DNA from: Proteromonas lacertae
Lineage: Eukaryota
Assembly: GCA_002245135.1 (NCBI GenBank)
Contig: NGBS01001160.1
Location: 186,001-250,000 of the forward strand
DNA length: 64,000 nucleotides
Direction: 5' to 3'
Part shown: positions 11,001-25,900 of the stretch, piece by piece
How the letters are laid out: each line of letters starts with the position of its first letter
Position numbering within the stretch: position 1 is the first letter of the stretch
Program-made: the position numbers and the translations under genes
The notes under the pieces: generated by a model
Seen by the model: only the letters and a program-made list of their open reading frames with translations
Told to the model about the DNA's origin: nothing
Databases searched by the model: none

Positions 11001-14000
11001 TACCACAATATTGAGGATATTCTATTACTCCATCAAATTCACATTCATTTTCATTCCTAAGATTATTGTGTATTGTTAATCTAACACCAGTTCTTACAAT
11101 CTTCTTCTTTCTTTCTCCCACTACTGGCAATTTCTTTAATATTTTCTTATTTAATCTATCATATTCAACAATTTGAATATCATGTTCTCCATCTTTATTC
11201 CAAAAATAAGACATTGGCAAACCAGCAGAATTCATCCATTCTACTTCTACTTCATAGTATTTCTCTTTAGAAGATGATGATTTTGGAAGTATTGAATTAA
11301 CTACACCAACTGAACCTTCACCACCATCTTGATTGTAATAATATGGTTTCCAATCTGGACCTCTTATTACATAATCGCCTTGTTCTATCTCTTTATAATC
11401 ATTACTACCATCACTACCAGAATCACCTGAGAATCCACTTAATTGAACAAGAAATTCATCACTAACTACACCTAAATCAAACCCATCTTTCCAACTACTA
11501 TTATGAATAATTTCGTTATTAACTGACAACAATCTTTCTGCATTATTCATTGATGCTATTAAACTGTATAGATTCTGTACATCTTCTGAATGCATAGGAT
11601 AATTAGAGAATGATCTATAAATTTCTTTATTCATAAATGCTTTTAATCTTAAATGTGGGATATCTTCTACTATTCTTTTCCATTTATCTTTCTCTCTCTT
11701 TATACTTCCATTTTGATACAAATAGGATATGTGATTCAATATTGATGATAATACAGCAGCACCATAAGATTTAAGCGGAGCATAAGGTGATTGAAGAGTA
11801 ATAATCCATGATCTAAATATAACATACACAAAATCAAAATCATCACTATAATAATTCAATAATTCATCAGTTAAAATCTCAATTAACTGCATTGAACATT
11901 GTTTTACTGCATATGATTCATTATATGAGATATGATCTTCTCTTATTTCAAATGGATATCTATTTTCTAACACAAGTGAATTATCTTTATTTTCAAATTC
12001 TGAGCTTAATATAGATTCTGTTCTTATTAATCTAAGTAACAATTTCGATATTTCATTCGTCATATCATGTTTTATAGATAAATCATATGTTATCAAGGCT
12101 TGAATAACTCTTGAATATAGTAAATGAGCGTTTTTTTTCTTATTCTCATTTACATTATATATTAACTTATAATAAGAAGAATGACTTTTGGAATAAATAT
12201 CTTCATATTTACTACACACAGGAGGAATATCTAATATCTCATTTGGATCATTTTCTGCGTCAATTGGCAAAGGAGTAAAATAATCTAATGGATAATTCGT
12301 ACAAATTTTTATAAAAGTAGCAATACTTGAGTATAATGAATCTCTTTCTTTATCAATAACATCTTTTTCTTTATCTTTGTTTTTTGATAAATCATAATAG
12401 CTAAAATATTCTAAACATTGATAAAGATTTCCTTTTTCATCTATAGGTTTACAAACTATCCAATATTTCATCAATTCTAAGATAAACACTCTTAAAGTTA
12501 GAACAAAACATTTTATTTCTAACTTATATAAAGTAGTTGTTACATTCTTTCTAACTGATAAATCTGTATCTATTTGAGTAAATGTCTTCAAATTCAATTG
12601 ATAATCATATCTAGCACTACTTCTATGATTTGGTTTATTAATTATATTATTAATAGTATCCATAGTTAATACACTATCAGTCTTCTTATTACCACATCGA
12701 TAAAATCTATTAATTGTTGAATTGGAATAAATTGTCTGATTGAAACTATCTCTTGTTATTGAATTAGCATTATTCAAAGTATTATATTCTTCCAACTCTT
12801 TTTCATTTGGCTTTATAAATAACTCTCTCACAAATTCTTCTCTACCTTCCATAATAGGAGTATAACCTTTTGGAATAAATTGTGGTGGATTTTTATTATT
12901 CATTCTGATTATTACATTTGCTTTTTTATCAATTGTTGATTTTAATGCAATAATTGGATATAAATATTCATAATTAGTTGTAAATTGAAATGCTATAAAA
13001 TAACTATTACCATTAATAAAATATGATATAGAATTAGGAATTGATTCTAAATCTAATAAACAACCAATTATAAAACCATTATTAAGAATATGTTCAGTCT
13101 CTAAAGATATTGCATTTCTTGAAATAAATGATTTTACACCTTCTCTACCACCCCATGAATAACTATGACGATCTGCTCCTAATGCATATTTTTCATCAAT
13201 ATTGACTTTAGAATAAGCTGGATCTGCCCATCCAAAATATACTCCATCTCCTATTTCATTAATCAACACTTCATAATAATACTTTCCGCCAGTAATACAT
13301 GTTGCTGATGGAATACCTACTGTAAATGTCAAAAACTTTTCATTACTAGCAATTACGTTATTTCCATTAACTGTTCCATCACCACTTACTACACCAAGAT
13401 ATGAAAATGTTTTTGTATTTTCTTTTCTATCACTATATTCTTCTTCATATAACCTCATCACTATATCTTCATTATTTGGATGTTCTTCACCTTCGATAAA
13501 TTTCATCGCTTTTTCAACTGGTAATTGCAAATCAACTAAAGATTTTAATGCATCAATTTGATTGCTATTTAATTGTCTATAAGATTGATATATTTCCGGT
13601 TCTATATTTCTTGATATGTAAGACATTTCTTTTTCATTCCAAAAATGAAATAATTCTTTAAAAGCTTCATGATATGTTAGATGATCATATAAACTAGATG
13701 TGCTACTTAAAACACAACTAGATAATCGTAATGCTTTTACTAACATATCTGGCTTTTTATTTACCATTATCTGAATTGTTCTTTTATTATGTACCAAATT
13801 ACTTAATGAATTAGTACTAAATATCATAAATGTAACAATAAAGAAGAAATCAGTATTAGCTTTTACTATACTATAATCATAGTAATAAGTATAAATCATA
13901 TCAACCATATCTATTACTCTCTCAATAATGTCTTCACTAATTCTATATGGTTGAGTATTTATTAATGGAATTGGTGTAATAAGATCAGTATTTACCTTTT

Positions 14001-17000
14001 CCTTTATTTTACCATTATCACACTTAATATCACAATATTCTTTGACTTGATAAGTAGTTGATTCTTTTGGAACACCATTATCACTTTCTAAATATGGATC
14101 TTGGATTAATTCTCCACTTATTTTTGAAAAATACTCCTTTATACATTGATAATACTGTTCCAGAATAGCTTGGTAATTCTATTACATCTTGTAATACTTC
14201 TACTCTTGAACCAATTGTTAATACTTCATAATTACCTCCCATTACATGCAAACATCCTATGAATTTATAGAATAAAGTATCTTTCTGATTGAATATATCT
14301 TTCAATGATTTTTTACTATCTCCAAAATTCTCTGCTTTTACATTCTCCTCATTAATAGTTTTTACTTCAGTTAATACTCTATTAATTTCATCATTTATTA
14401 TATTAGACCAACTTACTGACTTCTTCTGCAAATTCCTTAATAATGATGTTACTCTACAAGCTAATATATATGTATCTGTTTTTAGGAAATATTTGATAAA
14501 ACATCCAAAATGTACAGGATAAATAAAGCCACTCATTGTTAAGAACAACTGTATAATTTGATTAGATGATGAAATCTGTTCATTATCACCTTTATCAAAA
14601 TAATACTTCAATATTTCTTCTGGAATTACTATTTTCAACTCTTGTGGATTACTAATATCAGGTAGCCAATTATTGAGGAATTTAACAATTATAAATGGCA
14701 ATTCTGAATGATTGCATGCTAAAAACACACGAATTAAAATTGGTAAATAAATCTTAGTATCTACTATTCTGGTATTACTTAATTCTGTTAAGATTGATAT
14801 AGAAGGACTATAGATATCTTGATAAATATCAAGTGTAATTATTTCATTAAATGTATCTCTTACATTCACACTTGTATTTAGATGTGAGTTGATCGGATTA
14901 TGCAATTCTGTCAATATTTTTTCAATAATTGAGATACCTACAGATTCTTTACTATCCTTGTCATTAATACATATTGATTTTGATAATGTAAATAAGAAGA
15001 ATGAATATGATTTCTTAAGAATTCCATCGTCAATATTGAATATATATTGAATTTTTTCTTTTAATTCATTTATATAATTCTCTTTTATACATTTCAACTC
15101 ATTTGGTGTATATCTTTTGTAGAATGAATCAATTATTGCTAAATATTTACTAATATCTACTGACGAAAGAGATTTATTATTGTCATAATCATTTGGTAAA
15201 TAGTCTATTAATTGCTTAAATATTTTAGAATATGACTCATTTATAGTACATTCAATATCGGGTACTAATTTGAGTAACATTTCTTTTTCAATAGTACTTT
15301 GAATTTCATCAGGATTGAATTGAAATTTTTTATTCTCCATTTTACCAATTAGCGATAAAAAGAAATTTTCTTCAGATACATCTTGAATTATGTAATGTAA
15401 ATATGTTGGATCATCGACATGATTCACTGGAATGAAATATGTATAATTCTGAAATCTTTTATACCAATATAAATACATATACATATTTCCAGCATATTTT
15501 ATATGACTATTTCCTATTAATAGCTTTTCAAATCGATGAAATGAATAACAATAATGTAAAATGCCTGAAACTTTATACCTCATAAACTCTAAGAAATGAT
15601 CATTATTCTCTTTATCTACAAACGATGGTTGAAACAGAAATGTAATAAATTCATCAATTATTGTTCTTCTATTATATTTTTCTGGTAATGAGTGAATTAA
15701 TGGGTATAAATAAAATAACTCTTCTACTTTTTCATATAAACAATCAAATATCCTAACTTCAATATTATGCTTTTCATCTACACTAATTTCATTAACATCC
15801 TCAATTTTCTTTTTATTCTGTCCTTCTATTGTATTACTTCTTTTAGTTATAGATTCATTGAATACACTATTAAAGTGTTTAATTAATTGATCTTTAAAAT
15901 ATAATAAATCATATCCATCACCAATAAAAACCTCATTTCTTTCATTTATAGAGTGTAATATATTATTCTTACTAAACTCTTCAATATTTTCATCATTTAT
16001 CACTTTACAACCAGTCAAATGATAATAAAACAATCCAATTGCTATTCGATATAATTTCCATTCATTTCCGTTTGTATTAATTTTGTACTTCAAAAATACA
16101 TCTTTATTATCATCACTTTCAATAAACTTTAGTATATTGTCTATAATATCCAACATTCTATTTTCAATAACCTTCGATATATTATCAACAGGATATTCAT
16201 TCTTTTCTTCGTATTTTTCTTTAAATAGAGATTCATACATATCTTTATAATAATCATCCTTTTCTTTAAATATATTTTCACACATATCCAACACAGATTT
16301 ATCTTTTTCTCTGTCAGTAACATAAAATAACAAAAACTTACTATTAAATATATTTGGACATTTATTAATTACATATTCATAATCTATCACATTTGTCATT
16401 CTATTAATACAACTATAAGAAGCTGTTGCTTTACCTATTAAATAATGCAATTTTGTGGATGTTTTAACTTTCAATAATTCAATTTCATTAACTTTCAAAT
16501 TTTCTAATTCGCTAGTTTTAATACCAATAAAATAACCATAACTATTGTTTCTTGGATTCTCAAATTTGCCTATAAATCTATTGCCACTTGGCATTATAAC
16601 TGAATGACAAGTAAATATTTGTCTTTCTGTCTTTGATAATTCTGTTGTTAATGTAAATTCCCATGTATTACCATCAGCTCTTCCATATATTTCCTTTTTT
16701 CCTTCATTTTCTCTTATTTGCTGTATACCTTTTACATATATTTCATCTTGTTCTAAATCTATATTAAAGAATTTTGTTTTTTCTTCTGGTAGAGGATATA
16801 TCTTTTGATATAAAAAAGTATAATGTCCTGTTAAAGTGTAATCATATTCACTATCAATTTCATTCAAATCAGGTAATATAATTGAATCAAATTGATTAGC
16901 TAATGGCAATAATCTTTCATCTAATAGATTATAATAATTATCAAAATCAGGAAAATATGAATATAAACATAATTGTGATATAAAATTATCAAATACTCTA

Positions 17001-19592
17001 AATAATCCTAATTTAATTTGATTATTACTATCTTCATCATCATCATCTTCTTCTTCATCATCCTCTACTTCCTTTGTAGGTTTTATTTCTCTACTTATAA
17101 AATCACACATTCTTTCAATATATTCTTTTCCTTGTTCATAACATCTATTATCATACAGACAATCTCCTTTAGAGAAATGGCCACTTTTCCTACAATTATA
17201 ATCCTCTACTTTATAATCTTTAAATATTTCTTCTATTACATTGTTATAATGAATTAATGTAAAATCTGCTTTTGAATTACATGATACTGATGGGTAATAA
17301 ACATGTGAATTATCAACTTTGAAATATGCAACTGGAATAAATAAATCAAGATAATTTGAATCTTTAACTGCAACAAATGCTACTTCTAAATACCCTCTGC
17401 AACTATCATATGTTAAGAATATTTCTTCAGGATTATATCTTTTCATTGGCATTCTATTCTCTATTCTTGGTTCAAATTTCTTACCTAATTTCATAAATCC
17501 ATCAATTTTCTTACCTTTACAATAAAAAAAACCTAAACCATGATATCCTACACTTGTATAATTAAAACCAATGAAGCTGGATGGAACTGTATATTCACTT
17601 AATCCATAAATAACATCCAACGGATCTTCTTGATTGAAACGATAAACAAAGGTATGAATACCTGTATTTGGATAAATTGGCTATAAATACAATAAATAAT
17701 AAAGATATCTATACATAATTGAATATATGAGTCAACATATTCTGCCCTATTGGTTGAAATATTCCTAACATTTCTATTTTAGGTATAGTCTTTGGATTGC
17801 AATCATAATACTGACCTTGAATTTTCAAAAACCAAGTTTGCATTGTATTATATAATTCAATATATTTAGTTCTGTTAATTCCTAAGTTTCTGTCTTTGAA
17901 TTTCTGTCTTATGTTATTTTGCATTCTTTCCAAATTTACTTTTAAATTCTCAAAACATTTCATATGTAAGTCTCTGCTATCTTCTGTAACTGAATATATT
18001 GATTCATGTAATGTATCTTTTCCTTCATTCTATAAATATATAATATAAGAATATAAATATACTGGATTATAATTTATCTTATATAAAAACAAATCTGGAT
18101 GACAAGTTTCAATACTATTTACAATCCATTCTGATATTGTTTCATCTTTACAGTTATCTAATCTCTTTATAACTTCATCATATAAATTATTATAGAATGA
18201 ACATCTTATTAATGTACAATAAGAATATTTGATTGATGTTATTATAGTGTGAAAGATTTGGTTATTTTCATCACATCCAATAAATCTAATATAAAACTTT
18301 TCCAATAAATTCAAGAAGCAATTCAAAAATACAGTAATATTTTTATGTCTAATTTCAGGTGTTTCTTTATCTGTACTAGATTTTTGTATTTCTTCTTTTT
18401 CATTAATTCTAAATGCTAATCCAACATCTTCATAACTTTGTTTAGTAAAGGCGATAGCTTTAAAATTATATGATAATAACTGCAATAAGAATGTGATAAT
18501 AGGAATCATTAAAACATTTGGTTCATTAAACTCTTTATCTTTATTACTACTTCCTTCATCAGTCTTATTAAATTCTTCAAAATTAATATCAAACTTTTTA
18601 TCAAAGGATAATACACAATCACCTTTTTCAGATAAATAATGATTGTAGATAAAACATAAAATTGCATAAAATATGGAAAATGTAAATTCATGAGGTTGTA
18701 TACAGGCAGTTGGAGGCATTATTACATCCATTTCTTTGTCATTAACAATGAAATATAAGTCAGCCAATCTTGTAATTGTTGCTAATACATATACCACATC
18801 TGAATATAAACTGAATACTGTATTTTTAATGATTATTCCTTTGTTATTTTGAATACCAGAATTATCTTGTTTATAATGTGTATATATAATTTCTAATTGA
18901 TTAATTATCTTTGAATAATAATTATCATTGATACTTTCAGATAGAAAATGAAATCCTAAACCTTCAGTTATTCTTTTAAACACTGGAATTTCATTCTTTC
19001 CATAAAATAAAACAGAACATCTTTCATTATCACCTCTTGTTTTTCCAAGAAATAAATAAAATGACACTAATATAGAAAACAAGTACCCTGAGAAATAGTT
19101 ATTTTTTTTCTCGGCACATGCTTTTATATACATTGTATAAGCGTCTCTAGCTGCATCTATATCTATATCCATTACATTTCTGAATTCACCTTTAAAACTT
19201 TTATTTTCTGAGTTTTTATCCATCCTTTCTGCCATTATTGATAGATATCCATTTAGCTCCATATCAATATTACCTCTACCACCATCTTCATATATCATTC
19301 CTCTTACATGTTGAAATATTGCATCAGTAGTTCCTGTCATAGCCTCTGGTATAATAAATATGTTATAATTACATATGATTAGTGTCTTTACAAATGCGCT
19401 GTAAATTTGACTGAGACGAAATGATTTCAACAAAGTGGCAGTATTAATTAATATAGTCGTATTATTTGGAATATATTCTAAGCTTTCTTTCGTTATCTGT
19501 TCCATAGTGAATTGAGCGTTAGTTGTTAGTCTCTATAAATTCATAATATAAAATTATCTTACATTAGCATTTTTATTTGCCGATTCATCCAT
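8044..19592 (-). CDS. Giant (about 3,800 aa) HECT E3 ubiquitin ligase with SPRY-like and MIB/HERC2 domains
   Basis: C-terminal HECT (EGVVDSGGAYR, FWYVL, LPTSHTCFYSLDLP with catalytic Cys), MIB/HERC2 (VIRGPDWK...QDGGEGSVG), SPRY-like blocks (GKYYYEV, GVKYFEL). ATG 19592; introns 19533-19562, 18030-18062, 17681-17714. The junction near 14117-14144 is either a 28-nt intron or a 1-nt indel. Confidence 0.88.
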
Positions 19593-19709
19593 CCTAATAA
19601 CCTCAAAATAAAGATTATTTAATTGGGTAAAAACACATGTAAATTACATCTTACATTTTCATTAAATCTTTACAGTTGTTATTTACAGTATTAATAGTAG
19701 AGAGTCATG

Positions 19710-19721
19710 AAAAAACGGTTT
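19710..19721. promoter_or_regulatory. AAAACGGTTT upstream motif (HECT gene)
   Basis: AAAAAACGGTTT about 118 nt upstream of ATG 19592; the same word occurs at three other 5' regions. Confidence 0.5.
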
Positions 19722-19936
19722 ATTTTACGGCTAGCTAACTGTGAACTAGTATAAAGATATAAAAATACTTCTTTCTTTCTTTAATTTATGTAATTGTCAG
19801 AAAATAAGACATATATCATTTATTGTTTTTATTTATCACACAATATTCTAGAAAATATTTCTTTAATGTCAGATTTATCTATATCTTCCTCAATTAATTT
19901 AAACACAAAATAAAATAATAATAATAATTATTATCT

Positions 19937-22900
19937 TTACTCAGTAGTACATAATAATGCAACACCTCTTAATGTCCAATGAGCACCATCTTTCTCAATT
20001 GAAGGTAAATTGATAAGTGAAATAAAGAATAAACCAGTACGTTTTGGATACTTGTACAATGGACATTGATATGTTTTATAATTCTGTTTATCTTTATTAG
20101 CTTTAGTATAACCTTTTGTAGCAGCTGAAATCAATATAATTGGCATTGGTGTAAATAACACTTTAGGTTGAGATTCACACAATGACTTATCAGCATTACT
20201 CCAGCCACAACCATCTAAATACAAACCATAAACATATACACCTTCAGCTGGTCTAGCTTTAATACTATCTTTAGATATATGACCTGTAACTTCGGTAGTA
20301 TAAATAACATCATCTAAAGCCCATTTATCTTCTCTATGTGCTCGAGTAACTTCTTGTTTCATTGATGTTAAGAAACCTTGTGGATTGAAGAATCCAGTAA
20401 CCCAGAAAGATACTGGTCTTCCTTTTTCTAACCATGTATTGTATTGTTCATGACGATCTAATAAAGAGGAGAACCAAATACCTAATGTAGCACAAATCCA
20501 ACTGAATTCATCACCTGTGACTTTATATACCCAATTATGTGGTACACGAGCATCAAATATAGCATACATAGAGTCTTGAATATCAGCAGTCATCACAACT
20601 TCACCATTAATGGCTTGTTTAATATTAATACAAGCTTTACGTACAAATGTAATAACTTTCTCCATACGTTGTAATTCTTGGTATAAGAAGACATTTAATG
20701 GTTCAGCTAATCCACCAATCTTATTAATACCAGCTATATACTTCTCTTCTACATATTCAGGTGGTAATTTCTCTAATAATTCATCTAATTTCTCAACAAC
20801 AACATCTTCTCTACTTCTGCCTTTACCACTATTACTACTTTCTTTTGGCTGTGTATTTGATAATGTATCTAAAGCAGCATTAGCTTCTTTCACACGGAAT
20901 GTCAAATCTGCATTTGGATGTAAACCGAATATTTCAGGATTATCAATATCAGGGAAATCAGCAGATATCTTCTTTCTTATTTCTTCAACTTCAGCATCTT
21001 CTAAGATTGGATAAGCATAAGAAACTTCTTTAGCAGCTGAATCTGGTCTGAAACAGAATGAGCCAGATAATATAGATGGTTGAATCCATTTCTTAGCATA
21101 TGTATTGAACAATCTTCTATCTAAATCATCAGTAATCTTACCACCATATTGCACTTCAGAAACCATATATTGTGTTGTATCCCAACTCATTTCTGATTCT
21201 AATAAATGCTTTTCTAAGAAGGTAATTGAGGCAATTAAATCACCATTGTTGTATTCATAAGGAATATTCCAACCTAATGCACCGAATTTACGTCTTTCTT
21301 GTACAATTGAGTGTAAGAAACAGAATGAGAATAATAACTGTCTCCATGATTTCTGTGGTAATACATCTAATCTCTCTTGATCAACAATAACAGTGTAACT
21401 ACGTAATAAACCAGCTTTCAAACCAGCAGGTGGTTCATTGGTGACTTTAATTGACATTTGTAATAAACCTAATGGGAAGTCTTTATCTGGTAAAGCAGTA
21501 ATGAATAATCTGAAATCAGGATGCATTTCATCTTTCCAATCATATAACAAATCTTCTAATTTACACATAACATCTAAACCTAATTCACAGTTCTGTAATA
21601 ATACCCATGAACCAGCAACATTACTTACTTCTTCTTTCTTATCTTTACCACCTTCAGGTTGTTTATCCATACCAGAAGCTGCTTTCAATGCTTTCATAGC
21701 TACTGGACCTTGACCATCTCCCATTGATACACATTGAATAAATCTCTTACTCTTTCTAGCTAAAGCTTCAATAGCATCTGTTGGATCTGCACCAGCTGAT
21801 AATAAGAAAATAACAGGTTTATGACAATCCATTTCAGCGTAAATTGATTCTACAGTATCAGTAACTGGTTCGACGTAAGCTTGGACCCATTTGTTTAGTA
21901 TTTCTAATGAAATCTTTCATAGCCAACATGGTTCTATCTACACGAAGTGATCTAACCAATAACATTCTTAAGAATGGACCAATATCTTTATTATCATCAA
22001 ATCTTTCACCATATTCTGGTGGATTACTATTCTCAGGATCGTTAGATTCATACCATTGTTTCCATTGCGCTTCATTTCTTACTAAATCATCAGGTAATGT
22101 CTTGAAGAATGGATGTGTCATTGATAATTGTATTACATTCAACCAGGCTTCCATATTCATCCATTTGAATGGTTTTTGTTTTACAGCACCAATATCTAAA
22201 GCAGCACCTCCTCTTAAGAATAATGGAATATCAGTTTGTTTCAATAAATCAGCAGTTAATAATATCTTTGTAGTCATAATGAATAAGAATGGTAATTTAT
22301 CAGCTTCATACAAACCTCTGTTAATATAACGATATACCATATAAGTCATCTTGTCTATAATATTACCTACTCTCTTTGCTGGTAATACTGCCTTCTCAGC
22401 TTTCTCCATTGATAACATAAATACTTCTAAGAATTGAGCCAAACTAGTTTGATACATGACGTTGCAATTACTCATATCTACAATACTGAAATATAAACAT
22501 GAACCTCTTGTAGCAACTGGACGATATTGTTCTCTCTTCTCATTAATAGATTTCTTAGTTACATCAGCAGTTGTTAATTTCTCTTGCACTTCAGATGCTT
22601 TTGCTTTAGTATTACCTAACACAACCATCAATTCTTCATCTTCTAATAAGTTACCTTCATTGGATGACAATCTTGTTAATAATTCATCATCTAGTCTCAT
22701 CAATGTTTGTGTATTTTCTGTAACTTCACTCAATACTTGATTCAATTGTTCTTCTAAGGCTCTTTGTTCTCTACCAATGACATGACCTAATAATTGTTCT
22801 TCTAAACCTTTCTGTGTGACAGTGAAATCAATAAGTGTAATCTTAGCTTGTAATTCTGGTGTAAAGTGTGGATTTGGTAATCTTGTAATGAAATATAATC

Positions 22901-25900
22901 TGAAATGATCTAAATCAATTTCACATGGTTTATCTGCTATCTTAATGTATAAACTACGACCTTTCTTGATGATTTGCTTTTCTAATAATGGATCTAATAC
23001 AGGATCTAATTCTTCTAATACACCATTAACAATCAAACTCTTACCTTCTTCCATACAGAATTCTAAGTGATCTTTGAATTTAGAATCATCTAATGCCATT
23101 GTTTCTTGTCTTGGTGGTAAATTATCTAATTCCTTCTTCTTCAACCAAGCAATAGCTTGACCTTGTGGATCAATCAATAATGGGAAACGTCTTGATCTTG
23201 TAACTAATATACCATTTTGAATAGATAATGGATCTGAAGGTAAACCTTGCATTGCCCAACTACCTAATGTTGGAATATCAGCTAAGAAATCACTAATATC
23301 AATATTACTAGATACAGGTACTTTTCTTTGTTGACAATCTCTAATGAATTTACTATTTAATAAGTAGGATCTAAATGATTGATTGAATGGACCACAATAT
23401 GCAATAAATGCACAGGCAATAGCAACATCACCAACTAATAAGAACTTTCTCTGTGCAAATGAAGCAGCATCATTCTCCCAACGATCTTTCTCACCAGCTA
23501 AGGCTTTCAATAATTGATTGGCTCTGTCCATAGTTCTTTCCATTCTCAAAGCATTATCTTCAATTTGTTTCTTAGGCAGCTAATTGTTCTTCTAATTGTT
23601 TTTGTAATTCATCTAATTTAGCCTTTAATGCAGCATGTCTTTCTCTGACTTGTGCTAAAGTTTTATTGGCTTGATCTAATTCAGCTTTAGCTACAGTCAA
23701 TGCTTCTAATTTTGGTTTAACAATCTTTGATGCTTCATGGTATGATTTCATAGCACCGACCCAAGTACATAAACCTTCAGCAGCTACTGAAGCAGTCTTA
23801 GCAGTAGCAGGTGTAAAGTTCTCTAATTCTAAATATGGTTCTAATAATTCAATAGTTTCTTCATTGATCTTATCTTTTGGACTATCATCTCCAGCACCAA
23901 ATGCTTGTAACATTTTAAGAAGTTTGCATTATTCATCAATGTTAAGGATGAACCCCATGATGGCGCAATGAATGGAGTTTCTTTCTTAGCTACAATCAAT
24001 GTGGATGAGACTACAGGATCCATTGGATACATGAACAATAAACAACAACCATCAAACACCAATCTGATAATATCAGATGGTTTTAACAACTTCTTAATTT
24101 CGATAATATGTGCTGGTAAAATAGAGTTAATAGCATCAATAGCTCTATCTACGAATGGTTGGGCTTTATCTAAATCAGCTTGACAAGCTGCTTTTTCTTT
24201 TGAAATACGTTCAGCATCAGCTTCACATTGAGATGCCATTTGAGCGACTGAATCACCTTCTTTCTTCACTTCTGCTGATTTGATTTGTAATGCTTCCAAC
24301 ATCTTATTAGTTTCTTCTGTTGCTTTTTCTAGTTTAACTTGTTCTTCAGCTAATTCAACCTTCATAACTTCTACTTGTTTTGCACCATTGTTTAATTTTT
24401 CTAAACCTAAGTTAACTTTAGTATCAGCTGTATTTAATTCATTCATCTTTTCAGTATACATGATCTTATAATCATTTAAGAATGATAAGTATGATTTAGG
24501 TGTTTGATATACCTTTCTTCTCATCTTATTGAAGTATTCATCACATGCTTCTACAACCATATCATGTACATTACCCATATGAATCATCAATTGACTCTTT
24601 ACATCATCAGTACATTGTATTGGGAAATCAGAAATAACACCTTGTGACACACTAATCAAGGCTTGTTGTGGCCATGGTAAGAACCAATCAATATTACAAC
24701 CACTAATAATAGCTGGGAACTTGGTAGCTCTTTCACTGAACTTGGCATTCATAGGTGACATACAGATAACTAAGTGAAGATTATCTCTAACAGAGTTGAT
24801 CAAATATCTCTTTAAGTTATCAGTTGTTGGTATAAATTCTGGATCTTCTTTTGTTGCGAATTGACCAATTTCTGAGCAGAATGTCATTAATTCATCCTTT
24901 GCCAATAAACCTGAGATTTCACCAGTCAATAACAATGAGTTAATATATTCTAAGAAACACTCTTTCTTAATTTCACTATCTGTGAATATAAATGTAACAT
25001 TCTTTCTTTCTGGACCAGCCATTCTGTACAATAACTTCAAATCTTCGAATAAGTTAGATACACCATAAGTCTTAGTTAAACTAATCTGGAAGGATGTATG
25101 TCTCAACATATGTGCTGCTAATCTTGCTAATGATTGTTTACCTGAACCACCTACACCAACTAATAATGATGAACCTCTTGGTGTATTTAATACTCTAGTA
25201 ACTCTCATTAAATGGTACATAGCATCTTCAAATAGTACTAAATGCATTTGTGTAGCTGGGAAGGCTTGATTATAACTCTCTAAGAAGGTTAACATTCTTT
25301 CTCTAATATGTTGTAATGAACCGCCTCTTTCATTGAATAATGGAGCTTCTTCTACAATTTCATCAGTTTCTGGATCTACGATTGGATCTCTCATGATTGG
25401 AACGTAGAACATATCAGTTGCATTGATTCTTTCAGCCATTTCATCACCAAATATTTCTCTACAATGATTAATACGTGCTTTCAAATACCAACCTTTATCT
25501 TCATCATTTGTTAATTTATCACTGAATGTTCTATCACATTCATGACACCATAAATGAACCAAGTTAAATGCATCATCTTTATCAGCACATACAGATCCAC
25601 CAGTTTGAATCACTGATTTTGGTGTTAATAATATACCTTGGAAAATACGAGACAATTCTCTCATATCGAAGTTGTAATGGAACTTTGCTGGTGTTGGTAA
25701 TAACTTCTTCTTTACTGCATTCCATAATTTAATTGTAGCTGTTGTTAATTTATTGACTACTTCTAAGCATGATTCACTGAAATCTTTAGCTTGGAATCTA
25801 CCTTCTAACATTTGACCATAAATATCATTAATAGAGGTAATAGATGGTAAAATCAAGTTGAATATAAAGAATCCTCTCTTTAATCTGTTTGGAATATTGT

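Noticed and set aside
14117..14144. HECT gene split into two genes at 13908/14081
   Set aside because: The frame continues across the gap after a 28-nt GT-AG intron or a 1-nt indel; treated as one gene.
23572..23577. GCC-TAA as a Euplotes-like +1 programmed frameshift
   Set aside because: It is the only frameshift site with an adjacent stop; the others share no such context.
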